Program-made: the position numbers and the translations under genes
In this document: one piece after another, positions 50,783 through 62,057 of the stretch
How positions within the stretch are numbered: position 1 is the first letter of the stretch
Layout: each line of letters opens with the position of its first letter
Assembly (NCBI GenBank): GCA_020850995.1
Contig: JADZDP010000136.1
Span: 114-64,113, forward strand
Source of the DNA: Deltaproteobacteria bacterium
GTDB lineage: Bacteria > Myxococcota > UBA727 > VGSZ01
Length of the DNA: 64,000 nt
Direction: 5' to 3'
The notes under the pieces: generated by a model
Databases searched by the model: none
What the model was told of the DNA's origin: nothing
What the model saw: the letters and a program-made list of their open reading frames with translations, nothing else

Positions 50783-51727
50783 ATGGACGCCGCCGTGGCC
50801 CGCCTCGAGCTCTTCCGCCTGTTGGGCGACGAGGCGCGCGTGCAGGTGCTGGCGCTGTGCGCGGCCGAGGAGCTGGCGGTCTCGGAGCTGGCCGCGCTCT
50901 TGGGTGAGAGCCAGCCGCAGATCACCAAGAAGACGCAGCCGCTGCGCGAGGCGGGCCTCTTGGTCGCGCGGCGCGACGGCACGCGCACGCTCTTGCGCAC
51001 CGAGCCCACCGACGAGGTGCTGGTCAAGGCCGCGCTCGAGGCGGGCCGCGCGCTGTGCGGCCGCGACGGCAGCCTGGCGCGCGTGCCCACCGTCATCGCG
51101 CAGCGCGAAGAGGGCGCCCGTCGCTTGTTCGCCGAGGCCAAGGACGAGGGCCCCGTGATCGTCGACGGCATGCAGCTGCTGCCGTTCTTGCCGCTGTTGG
51201 CGCCGCTCTTGCCCGGCCGCGCCCTGGCCGTCGACGTCGGCACCGGCGAGGGCGCGCTCTTGCCGCTGTTGGCGCCGCTCTATCAACGCGTGCTGGGCCT
51301 CGATCGCAGCGCTGCGCGCCTGGCGCGCGCCGCCGAGCGCTTGGCTGCGCTCGGCCTGTCGAACGTGCGCCTGCTCGAGGGTGACGCCGGCGATCGTCAC
51401 GTGGTGGAGGAGCTCGACCAGAAGGGCGGCGCCGACCTGGTCGTGCTCTCGCGCGTCTTGCGCTACGCCTCGCGCCCGCAGGAGACCGTGCTTGCGGCGG
51501 CGCGCTTGGTGCGCGCCGGTGGCCACCTGGCCATCATCGACGCCGCCCCCACCGACGACGAGAGCCGCCGCGCGCCGGGCCAGGTATGGCTCGGCTTCGA
51601 GGAGCGCGCGCTCGACGGCTTCGTGCGCGATGCGCGGCTCACGCCGATAACGATCGCGCGCCTGCCGAGCGTAGCGGGCGGCCCCAGGGAGCTGCAGCTC
51701 GCGGTGGGCCAGAAGGCCGCGCCGTGA
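50783..51727 (+). CDS. ArsR-family HTH fused to class I SAM-dependent methyltransferase
   Basis: N-terminal ArsR HTH (RVQVLALCAAEELAVSELAALLGESQPQITKK); C-terminal MTase motif I ALAVDVGTGEGAL. Confidence 0.7.
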   Translation: MDAAVARLELFRLLGDEARVQVLALCAAEELAVSELAALLGESQPQITKKTQPLREAGLLVARRDGTRTLLRTEPTDEVLVKAALEAGRALCGRDGSLARVPTVIAQREEGARRLFAEAKDEGPVIVDGMQLLPFLPLLAPLLPGRALAVDVGTGEGALLPLLAPLYQRVLGLDRSAARLARAAERLAALGLSNVRLLEGDAGDRHVVEELDQKGGADLVVLSRVLRYASRPQETVLAAARLVRAGGHLAIIDAAPTDDESRRAPGQVWLGFEERALDGFVRDARLTPITIARLPSVAGGPRELQLAVGQKAAP

Positions 51728-51784
51728 TCGTCCATGAGGAATGAGCGAGCAGCGACGAGCGCCTGAGCGAGCGCCGCACCGACC

Positions 51785-51830
51785 GAACGACGACACGAAC
51801 GACGACACGAACGACGACACGAACGACCCA
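51785..51830. repeat. 3.8 tandem copies of 12-nt unit gaacgacgacac in the ahcY 5' leader
   Basis: read directly. Confidence 0.9.
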
Positions 51831-51842
51831 CAAGGAGCAGCC

Positions 51843-53299
<1,457 letters not shown>

Positions 53300-53300
<1 letters not shown>

Positions 53301-54157
53301 TGGGCGCGCTCGCGCTCGTGGCCTCGATCGCACGACTGCACATCGTCGCCATCGGGGCCATGGGCACGCTCACCTTCGGCTTCGCCTTCACCGGCGAGCG
53401 CCCCTGGCTCGCCGCGGTCTTCGCCGCCCTCGACTGGTTCGTGGTCAACCTGTTGAACCGCGTGGTCGACCTGGTGGAAGACCAGGAGAACGCCATCCAC
53501 GGCGCCGACGCGGTGGCGCGCCACCGTGGGCTGGTGCTCGCGGTGGGCATGGTGACGCTGGTCGCTTCGCTGGTCGCCACGTCGCTGGTGGCGCCGCTCA
53601 TGCTCGTGCCGCGTGTCCTCTTCCACGCGCTCGGCTTCGCCTACAACTGGCCGCTGCCCGGTGGCAGGCGCATCAAAGAGCTCTACTTCTGGAAGAACCT
53701 GGCCAGCGCCGCGGGCTTCGTGCTCACCTGCGTTGCGCTGCCCCTGGTGGGGGCGGCCAGCGTGCAGGTCTCGAGCGCCACCATCGCGGTCACCGCGCTC
53801 TTCTTCGTGCTCTTCGAGCTCTCCTACGAGGTGCTCTACGACCTCCGCGACGTCGAGGGCGACCGCGTGGCCCGCGTGCGCAGCTACCCGGTGGTCCACG
53901 GTGTCGACGTGGGCTGGCGCATCGCGCGCGGCCTGATGCTCAGCGCGAGCACGCTGGTGTTCGGCGCCTTCGCGCTCGGCCTCGTGCCCTGGCGCATCGC
54001 CATCATGGGCGCGGCACCGCTCATCCAGCTGGCGTGGAGCGTGCGCGTGCGCCAGCGCGGCATCACCTCGAGAGACTGCGTGAGCATCACCTGGGTGGGC
54101 GTGGCGCTCTTGGTGGGCTGGCACGCGTGGGAGGCGCTGGGCTTGCCGGGGGCGTGA
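53300..54157 (+). CDS. UbiA-family prenyltransferase-like membrane protein
   Basis: TGATG overlap with ahcY; ~8 TM; Asp-rich NxxxDxxxD-like (NRVVDLVEDQEN) and YDLRDVEGD motifs. Confidence 0.65.
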
Positions 54158-54239
54158 GCGGCGCGCGCCTTGCGTGGCGCCTGGCGTGGTGCACGCGCTA
54201 CGCTCTCGGCGTGTGAGCCAGCCACAGGTGTCCACGCGC

Positions 54240-54908
54240 ATGGGCGTCATCGTCATCCTCGGCGCCATCGCCGTGGTTGTCCTCGTCACCGAGCCGTGGA
54301 AGCGCGCACCGCCGCCGCCCCCGCCGGCGAGCCTGGTGGTGCAGGACGCGGGCTACGTCGTCACCACCGGTACCCAGCGCTGTCAGCCGATCGTGGTCGA
54401 GGAGTGGTGCGACGACATCGACCCTCGCCTGCCCAACATGACGCGCACGCGCGCCGTGAAGGAACGCGTCCGTACCGACGACTGCGCGAAGGACAAGCGG
54501 CGCCGCAAGAAGAAGGACCGTGAGGATTGGCTGCTCGACGTTGCCTGCACCGCCACCTACCGCGACCTGCTTGCCGACCGCTGCCGCAGCGAGCGGCTCG
54601 ACTTCGTGCCCTTGGAGGTGGTCGAGCGCGAGGTCCGGGGACGATCGTTGCCCGCGGCCGACTCCGCGCCCGCGCCCGACACGCCGCCCTGCGGCTCACC
54701 CGCCTGCGGCGCCGGCTGTGTCGTCGCCATGGAGAAGCGCGCGGCCCACGTGGTGTTCGCCACGAAGCCCGACGACGGCACGAGCTGGCGCTGCCCCGTC
54801 GAGCTGCAGGCGTGGAACGGTGCGCAGCCCGGCGCACCGTTCTCGGCGCGCTTGTCGACGTGCAAGCAGGCGCCGAGCGCGTCGGGGCCGAAGGGCGCAA
54901 CGCCGTGA
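54240..54908 (+). CDS. hypothetical membrane-anchored Cys-containing protein
   Basis: TM MGVIVILGAIAVVVLV; poly-Pro; basic stretch. Confidence 0.35.
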   Translation: MGVIVILGAIAVVVLVTEPWKRAPPPPPPASLVVQDAGYVVTTGTQRCQPIVVEEWCDDIDPRLPNMTRTRAVKERVRTDDCAKDKRRRKKKDREDWLLDVACTATYRDLLADRCRSERLDFVPLEVVEREVRGRSLPAADSAPAPDTPPCGSPACGAGCVVAMEKRAAHVVFATKPDDGTSWRCPVELQAWNGAQPGAPFSARLSTCKQAPSASGPKGATP

Positions 54909-54923
54909 GCGGTGTGGACGCGC

Positions 54924-55673
<750 letters not shown>

Positions 55674-55677
55674 CTGC

Positions 55678-56343
55678 CTACTTCTTCTTGCAGGTGGACT
55701 CGGAGAGCGTGAACCACTTGCCGTCGGGGCCGGCCATCTCGATCATCGAGACCAGCTCCTTGGCGCCCTTCTTGGTCATGGTGTCCTTGATCTGCATCTT
55801 CTGCGGTCCCATCTGGAACTCGCCGGCGAAGGTGAGCTTGTCCGCGTCCCAGCCCTTCGACGAGAGGTGCGTGATCATGCCCATGCCGTCGAGGTCGGTG
55901 CGCACGAACTGGGTCTTGCTCGGATCGAAGGCGATGAACGACGACATGAGGTAGGGGGTCGCGTTCTCCTTGGTCTTCTTCTCCTCGTAGCGCATGGTGC
56001 GGAAGTAGCCGTTGAGGTCGGCCTTGACCTCGACGCTGGCGCTGACCGCGTGGCCCTTGCCGAAGCTCGAGTCGTTCATCTTGCCGTCGCACTTCCACTT
56101 GCCCTCGATGGGCGCGAGCTCGCCAAGCTGCGCGGCGGGGGGCGGCGGGCCCGCGGGCGCGGCGTCGGCGGGCTTGGCGGCGGGCGCGGCCGGCGGCGCC
56201 GCCTTGGCGTCGGCGGGCTTGGCGGCGGGCGCTGCGGCGGGCGCTGCGGCCGGGGCCGGCGGCGGCGTGGCGGGCTTGGCGGGCTCGCCGGCGAGCGCGA
56301 CGCCAGCAACCAGGAACGACATCGAGAAGAGGAGCTTGTTCAC
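55678..56343 (-). CDS. secreted DUF1579-like protein with Ala/Pro-rich linker
   Basis: signal peptide; PAAAP repeats; C-terminal ~150-aa domain. Confidence 0.5.
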   Translation of the reverse strand: MNKLLFSMSFLVAGVALAGEPAKPATPPPAPAAAPAAAPAAKPADAKAAPPAAPAAKPADAAPAGPPPPAAQLGELAPIEGKWKCDGKMNDSSFGKGHAVSASVEVKADLNGYFRTMRYEEKKTKENATPYLMSSFIAFDPSKTQFVRTDLDGMGMITHLSSKGWDADKLTFAGEFQMGPQKMQIKDTMTKKGAKELVSMIEMAGPDGKWFTLSESTCKKK

Positions 56344-56406
56344 GAAACCTCCAGACGCCCAATGGGTGGGCGAGGGAGGCCTGTTAGCGCGACTGGGTGC
56401 TTCCGC

Positions 56407-56874
56407 TCAATCCGCCGTGTCGGGGTCACGCACCGCCTTGCGCAACAGCTCCACGGCCGCGTCCTCGCCCTGCCACGGCGCCAGCGTGCGCGCCCGCCGC
56501 TGGGCCCGCGTCAGCACCAGCACGCCAGCGCTCTTCGACAGGCCGCTGCGCCGCGCGTCCTTGAGGAAGAGGCGCATGATGGCGAGCGAGCCCATGGCGA
56601 ACACGGGCAGGGCGGTGAAGGCCGCCAGCGTGGCGTGAATGAGCAAGGCGTAGGGGCTCTCGAGCAGGCCGAACACCAGCGAGCCCCCCAGGGCGGCCGC
56701 CGCGGTGGCGACGTTGCGGATGCGCCGCAGCTGCACGAGGGTCTTGAGCAAGCCGGTCAAGGTGTGGTCGTCGACGTCGCGGACGCGGATGAGCCAGGGC
56801 TCGACGAACCGGCCCTTCTGGCCCGGCGCGAAGGGGTCGGGCAGGGGCACCGGCAGGCGCTCGGCGTCGCTCAT
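56407..56874 (-). CDS. hypothetical membrane protein
   Basis: start MSDAERLP; 3 hydrophobic helices. Confidence 0.4.
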   Translation of the reverse strand: MSDAERLPVPLPDPFAPGQKGRFVEPWLIRVRDVDDHTLTGLLKTLVQLRRIRNVATAAAALGGSLVFGLLESPYALLIHATLAAFTALPVFAMGSLAIMRLFLKDARRSGLSKSAGVLVLTRAQRRARTLAPWQGEDAAVELLRKAVRDPDTAD

Positions 56875-56994
56875 GACGCCAGCATACAAAAAGCGCTGCG
56901 CGCGTTCATCGCGTCCCCTGGCCCTGCTGTCGCGATCTCAGCGACGACCCTTGCGCCCGTGGCACGGGCCGGCGGCCCATGACAGACTGCGGCC

Positions 56995-58002
56995 GTGATC
57001 AACCCGCAGCAGTTCCGCCTGCTCCTCGCGGGGCCGCGCGTGTCCCGGCTGCGCCCTTTCGTCGTCGCGCGCGGCTACCTGTGCGACGCGGCCACGAGCG
57101 GCGAGATCGCGCTCGAGCACCTGCGCGCCACCCCGCGCCACGTGCTCCTGGTCGAGCTCGAGCTCGGCGACATGCTGCTGGCCGACCTGCTCGCCGTCGT
57201 GAACGAGGAGAACCTGGCGGGTGCCGTCATCTTGCTGGAAGACCCGATGAAATCGGGTTTGATCGTCAGCACCTTGACTCGCGGGATCGACGGCTACGTG
57301 GCCACGCCGCCCGACGAGGCCTTCCTGTTTCGCCTCATCGAGCGCCAGCTCTTGGCCCAATGGGCCATCGCCACCGCCGACACGCTCGAGACCGACACGC
57401 ACGACAAGACGCGCCTCGAGAAGCAGCTCAGCATCGAGCGCGCCAAGGTCACGCAGCTCATCAAGGACGTCGCCGGCTTGCGCGAGGAGCTGGCGCAGGC
57501 GCAGGTGCAGGCCGCGGCCGCCGTCGCCGCCGCCGACAGGGCGGCCGAGGCGCGCACCGAGCCCAAGCGGCCGGCCGCCGTGCCCGCCCCGCCCTTCGTG
57601 GACGACGAGCCCGTGCACCGCCCGGATCAGCGCACCTCCCCGCGCGGCTACGACCGCGGCGAGCTCGAGGCCCTGCTCAACGACGACACAGGCGGCCATC
57701 CCACCACTGCGGCCACGGCGCCGGCGCGGCTCAACGCCAACGAGGCGGCGGAGCTCGGCTTCGATGAGCCCACCGGCACCCGCGCCGGCGTCGACCTGCG
57801 CTCCCCCGAGGCGGCGGCCCCCGCCTTCGAGGAGAAGAGCGAGTCCGATCTCTTCCTTGACCTCGACGGCGGGGGCGACGAGCCCGGCGAGGAGCCGACC
57901 ACGGCCGGCATGCCACCCACCTTGGCCGGGGGCTTGCGCCCGGTGACCCAGGCTGTCACCAAGCCGCTCGCCGACCCCTTCGAGGACTCGCTCGACGAGT
58001 GA
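56995..58002 (+). CDS. pseudo-receiver (REC-like, Glu at phospho-acceptor position) + coiled coil + acidic disordered tail
   Basis: VLLVELELGDMLL aligns to a receiver DLMLPG block with E replacing D. Confidence 0.45.
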   Translation: MINPQQFRLLLAGPRVSRLRPFVVARGYLCDAATSGEIALEHLRATPRHVLLVELELGDMLLADLLAVVNEENLAGAVILLEDPMKSGLIVSTLTRGIDGYVATPPDEAFLFRLIERQLLAQWAIATADTLETDTHDKTRLEKQLSIERAKVTQLIKDVAGLREELAQAQVQAAAAVAAADRAAEARTEPKRPAAVPAPPFVDDEPVHRPDQRTSPRGYDRGELEALLNDDTGGHPTTAATAPARLNANEAAELGFDEPTGTRAGVDLRSPEAAAPAFEEKSESDLFLDLDGGGDEPGEEPTTAGMPPTLAGGLRPVTQAVTKPLADPFEDSLDE

Positions 58003-58012
58003 CGAGCCAACC

Positions 58013-58423
58013 ATGCGCGTACAGCTCTCGGTGGAGACCCACGGGCGGGGCCTGGTCGACGTGACCGCTCGTGTGGCCGCCGCGGTCGAGCGCAGCGGCG
58101 TCGAAGACGGCCTGTGCACCGTCTTCATCCATCACACCAGCGCCTCGCTCGTGATGAGCGAGAACGCCGACCCCACCGTGCTGCGCGACCTCGACGCCTT
58201 CTTTGCGCGCCTGGTGCCAGACGGCGACCCGCTCTTTCGCCACACCGACGAGGGCGTGGACGACATGAGCGCGCACGTGCGCGCCGCGCTCACGGCCACC
58301 AGCATCGGCGTGCCGGTGGCGCAGGGCCGCCTCGACCTCGGCCGGTGGCAGGCCCTCTACCTGTGGGAGCACCGGTATGCGCCGCACACGCGGCGCCTCT
58401 CGGTGGTGGTGGTGGCGGCCTAA
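58013..58423 (+). CDS. yjbQ: YjbQ/UPF0047 family secondary thiamine-phosphate-synthase-like protein
   Basis: GLCTVFIHHTSASL and HxxEG motifs. Confidence 0.8.
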   Translation: MRVQLSVETHGRGLVDVTARVAAAVERSGVEDGLCTVFIHHTSASLVMSENADPTVLRDLDAFFARLVPDGDPLFRHTDEGVDDMSAHVRAALTATSIGVPVAQGRLDLGRWQALYLWEHRYAPHTRRLSVVVVAA

Positions 58424-58424
58424 T

Positions 58425-58461
58425 CCCCGATCTCGATGAACGCAGTTCATCGAGATCGGGG
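58425..58461. terminator. perfect 17-bp-stem/3-nt-loop hairpin immediately after yjbQ stop (no U-tract)
   Basis: ccccgatctcgatgaac gca gttcatcgagatcgggg. Confidence 0.4.
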
Positions 58462-58471
58462 ATGTCCCACT

Positions 58472-58520
58472 GGGAGGGTCTGTCGCCAGACCCTCCCCCG
58501 CGCCGGCTATGCCGGCGCGG
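58472..58520. repeat. two further perfect hairpins (11-bp stem/4-nt loop; 9-bp stem/3-nt loop)
   Basis: gggagggtctg tcgc cagaccctccc ; cgcgccggc tat gccggcgcg. Confidence 0.6.
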
Positions 58521-58664
58521 GGCCCCCACCCAAGACGGCTCCCGCTGGTCGCTGATCATCGATCAATCGGGATAGCCCGGTGTCCGCGCGCAGGTCCCCG
58601 TCCGCCCTTTGACCGACCAAAGTCCCCGTGTTGGAGGATTGACGCGTTTGCTAGCGTGCCGCCG

Positions 58665-59480
58665 ATGCGCCACGTGCCCTTCCTCCTCGCCATCGTCGTG
58701 CCGGTCGCGCTCGCGAGCTGCGTCGCCCCCGCGCCCGCGCCTGCCGACCTCGACGGCCTGGCGCGCTTCGCGTTCGCGCGCTGGTTGCCCGAGGGAGAGG
58801 ACCAGTCCGTCTCCGACGCGGAGCTCGCCGACGCGCTCGGCAAGATCCACGACGTGCTCGGCGGCGACACCCTGGCGGAGCCGCAGCGCGGCACGCTGGG
58901 CAACATCACGCAGGCCGAGCTCGACGCCGTGGGCTTGTCGGATCGCGACCCCAACAAGCCGCAAGGCATCTTCATGGCCAACGTCGTGCACTGCAGCCTC
59001 GATCAGATCGACGCGCTGACGCTCGAGCCCGACCAGCTCTCGCTCTACCCCGACGCCTACGCCGCGTATTCGCGCGAGATGATCGAGGGGACACCAGAGA
59101 GCCATCCGCGCTGGCTCACGACGTACACGAGCGCCGAGCATGCGCTCATGGCGAACCAGCTCACCGCCACCGTGCAGAGCGGCCTGCGCCGCGTGCCCGA
59201 CCTCGGACCCGAGGCCTCGCCCGCGGGCCGCGGGCTGGTCTTTCGCGTGTATCTGCCCGAGCCGGCCGTGTTCGAGACCGAGGGCGCCGAGTTCACCGAC
59301 GACTACCAGGTGGAGACGCTGACCGAGCGCGCGCCCGGCGAGCTTGTGCACTTCTACGCCATCTGGCGCTACATGCGGTACGGCGTGCTCGCCGACAGCT
59401 ACGACGCCCTGATGATCGACCAGACCATCCAAGCCTTGATCGACTGGGACGCCAAGACCGACGAGCTCTGCGCGCAATGA
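58665..59480 (+). CDS. hypothetical lipoprotein
   Basis: lipobox VALASC; ATG 58665. Confidence 0.5.
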   Translation: MRHVPFLLAIVVPVALASCVAPAPAPADLDGLARFAFARWLPEGEDQSVSDAELADALGKIHDVLGGDTLAEPQRGTLGNITQAELDAVGLSDRDPNKPQGIFMANVVHCSLDQIDALTLEPDQLSLYPDAYAAYSREMIEGTPESHPRWLTTYTSAEHALMANQLTATVQSGLRRVPDLGPEASPAGRGLVFRVYLPEPAVFETEGAEFTDDYQVETLTERAPGELVHFYAIWRYMRYGVLADSYDALMIDQTIQALIDWDAKTDELCAQ

Positions 59481-60985
59481 ACAGACGCGTGGCAGCGCTG
59501 CTCGCGCTGGTGGCCGGCGCCTCCGCAGCCGCGTGCGCCACCACGCCCCTGCGCCCCCGAGTTGTCGACGAGGCCGCGCTGCCCTCGGCGCGCCTGCTCG
59601 CGCCTATGGCGTGGCCCACGGCGGCAGACGAGGCCTTCGTCGATCTGCGCAGCTATCTGATGAGCGACACCATCAACCCGCCCGGCAACGAGCGCCGCGG
59701 CGCCGAGCTGTTGGCCGCGCTGCTCGCCAAGGACGGCATCGAGGCGGCGGTGCTCGAGCTGCCTGATGATCCCACGCGCGCCAACCTGATCGCGCGCCTG
59801 CCCGCCACACAGCCAAGCGGCGAGGGCGCCTTGTGCCTGGTGAGCCACATCGACGTCGTCACCGCCGAGGCGGCGCGCTGGCCGCCGGGGCGCGGGCCCC
59901 TGGAGGGCGCCGTCACCACCGACGAGCGCAGCGGCGACCAGCTCGTGTGGGGCCGCGGCGCGCTCGACATGAAGGTGCTCGGGCTCCTCGAGACCGAGGT
60001 GCTGCGTTGGCTCAAGCGCTTGCAGCTGCCCCTGCGCCGCGACGTGGTGCTCTTGGCCGTGGCCGACGAGGAGGTGGCGTCGAAGGGCATGGTCGACGCC
60101 ATCGCGCGCCACTGGGACAAGCTCGGCTGTACGCACGCCATCAACGAGGGCGGCCTCGGCATCGACGGCGCGCTCGTGGACGGGCAGGTGAGCTTTGGCA
60201 TCTCGGTGGCCGAGAAGGGTGTCTTGTGGGTGCGCGTCAAGGCCGTGGGCGAGCCCGGCCACGGCTCCACGCCGGTGCCGCGGGCGCCGCAGCGTCTGCT
60301 CGAGGCGCTCGACCGCATCCGCGCGTGGCCACGCCCCTGGCGCGTGCACCCGTCGATCTACCAGCTCCTCGCCGAGGTGGGCCACGAGGCGGGCGGCGTC
60401 ACCGGCTACGTGCTCGAGCGGCCGCTCTTGGTGAACTGGCTCGCCATCGACCGCTTCCTCGACGAGCCCGCGGCCAGCGCGCTGGTCACCGACACCGTCA
60501 ACATCACGGGCTTCGCCGGCGCCAAGGAGCCAAACGTGGTGCCGAGCGAGGTCAGCGCGCTCGTCGACATGCGCCTCTTGCCCGGCACCGCGCCGGCCGC
60601 GGTGTTGGCGGAGCTGCGCGCGCTGGTGGCCGGCATCGAGGGCGTGAGCGTCGAGGTCATCGACCAGCGCCCGGCGGCCGAGAGCCCCTGGGACGACCCC
60701 GTGTTCCGCGCGCTCGCGCACCACGCCGAGGCCAGCGCGCGCGCCGACGGCATCGCGCGCATCGCCGTGGGGCCGGTGCTGTCGCCGGGCTTCACCGACT
60801 CCATCCTCTTGCGCGAGCGTGGCGTGCGCGCCTACGGCTTCGTGCCCGTCATCGTCACGCGGGCCGAGGCCGCCACCATGCACGGCGATGGCGAGCGCGT
60901 GTCCAAGCGCAACGTGGCGCGCGGGCTCAAGGCGCTCTTGTCTGCGGTGGTCGACGTGGTGGCCGCGCCCACCGCCCCACACTGA
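59477..60985 (+). CDS. M20 family metallopeptidase (ArgE/DapE/CPG2-like), secreted
   Basis: ATGA overlap; signal peptide; HIDVV...GALDMK...DEE metal ligands. Confidence 0.7.
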   Translation: MNRRVAALLALVAGASAAACATTPLRPRVVDEAALPSARLLAPMAWPTAADEAFVDLRSYLMSDTINPPGNERRGAELLAALLAKDGIEAAVLELPDDPTRANLIARLPATQPSGEGALCLVSHIDVVTAEAARWPPGRGPLEGAVTTDERSGDQLVWGRGALDMKVLGLLETEVLRWLKRLQLPLRRDVVLLAVADEEVASKGMVDAIARHWDKLGCTHAINEGGLGIDGALVDGQVSFGISVAEKGVLWVRVKAVGEPGHGSTPVPRAPQRLLEALDRIRAWPRPWRVHPSIYQLLAEVGHEAGGVTGYVLERPLLVNWLAIDRFLDEPAASALVTDTVNITGFAGAKEPNVVPSEVSALVDMRLLPGTAPAAVLAELRALVAGIEGVSVEVIDQRPAAESPWDDPVFRALAHHAEASARADGIARIAVGPVLSPGFTDSILLRERGVRAYGFVPVIVTRAEAATMHGDGERVSKRNVARGLKALLSAVVDVVAAPTAPH

Positions 60986-61124
60986 CGCCGCGCGTGCCCG
61001 GCACGCACCGATGGGCGCGGTGTGATCGCGCACGCGCGCCCGGAGCCGATCCGCTCGCCTGCGCGCGCGCCCCCGCGGCGCTGCGCGGCGCGCTGGTGGT
61101 TCGAAGGTTGCAGCGTCGAGCGGC

Positions 61125-62048
61125 ATGCTGTCGGGGGATGTGCTTCATCGTTTTCACGTCACGGGACCGCTGGCGCGCGGCGGCATGGGCGAGCTGTGGC
61201 TCGCCGACGACGAGCAGCACCGCCGCGTGGTGCTCAAGACCGTGCGCGACGACCTCGTCAACGACGACGAGGTGCGCCGCTGCTTCCGCCGCGAGATCGC
61301 CGTGGTCAGTCGCGTGCGCCACGCGCACATCGTGCACCACGTGGCCCACGGGGTTGAGTCGGGCGTGGACGTGCTGGCGCTCGAGCACATCGAGGGCGCG
61401 AGCCTGGCGACCTTGCGGCACCGCACGCCGCTGCCCTTGGCGGCAGCCTTGTGCGTCGCCGACGACGTGGCGCGCGCGCTCGCCCATGTGCACGGCATCG
61501 CCGATGCACACGGCACGCCGCTCGGCCTGGTGCACGGCGACGTCAGCCCGCAAAACATCATCGTCGACGCGCGCGGCCACGCGCTCTTGATCGACTTTGG
61601 CGGCGTCACCTGGCGCGGCGCCGACGTCACGCCGGGCACGCTCATCGGCAAGCCCGGCTACGTTTCGCCCGAGCAGCTCGAGGGCCGCGAGCTCGACGGC
61701 AGGAGCGACCTGTACGCGCTCGGCGTGGTGCTGTGGGAGATGATCACGGGCCAGACCTTGTTCGCCAGCGACGACCTGCGGCGCGATCGCCCGGTGCCGC
61801 CGCCGTCGCGCTACGCGCGCGTGCCCGACCTCATCGACGCCACCGTCATGCGCATGGTGGCGAGCGAGCGCGAGGCGCGCTTCCCCTCGGCGGCCGAGGC
61901 CGCCGAGCTCATCGAGAGCGCCGCCCTGCTCCACGGCATCGACGGCGGCCGCCAGTGGCTCGGCGCGCGCGCCGCCGCCAGCGAGGGCGAGGTGGACCTG
62001 ACGCGCACGCCGGTGATCACGACCAGCTCGGCACGCACCTTGCGTTAG
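61125..62048 (+). CDS. eukaryotic-like protein kinase domain protein with atypical catalytic loop (HGDVSPQN)
   Basis: G-loop ARGGMGELW, VVLKTV, DFGG, SPE present; HRDLKPxN replaced by HGDVSPQN. Confidence 0.65.
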   Translation: MLSGDVLHRFHVTGPLARGGMGELWLADDEQHRRVVLKTVRDDLVNDDEVRRCFRREIAVVSRVRHAHIVHHVAHGVESGVDVLALEHIEGASLATLRHRTPLPLAAALCVADDVARALAHVHGIADAHGTPLGLVHGDVSPQNIIVDARGHALLIDFGGVTWRGADVTPGTLIGKPGYVSPEQLEGRELDGRSDLYALGVVLWEMITGQTLFASDDLRRDRPVPPPSRYARVPDLIDATVMRMVASEREARFPSAAEAAELIESAALLHGIDGGRQWLGARAAASEGEVDLTRTPVITTSSARTLR

Positions 62049-62057
62049 GTGTGCGCC

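Noticed and set aside
51741-51842. Upstream ATG for ahcY giving an NDDT-repeat N-terminus
   Set aside because: GAGGA abuts that ATG with no spacing, whereas ATG 51843 has AAGGAG at 6 nt and matches AhcY N-termini; treated as leader.
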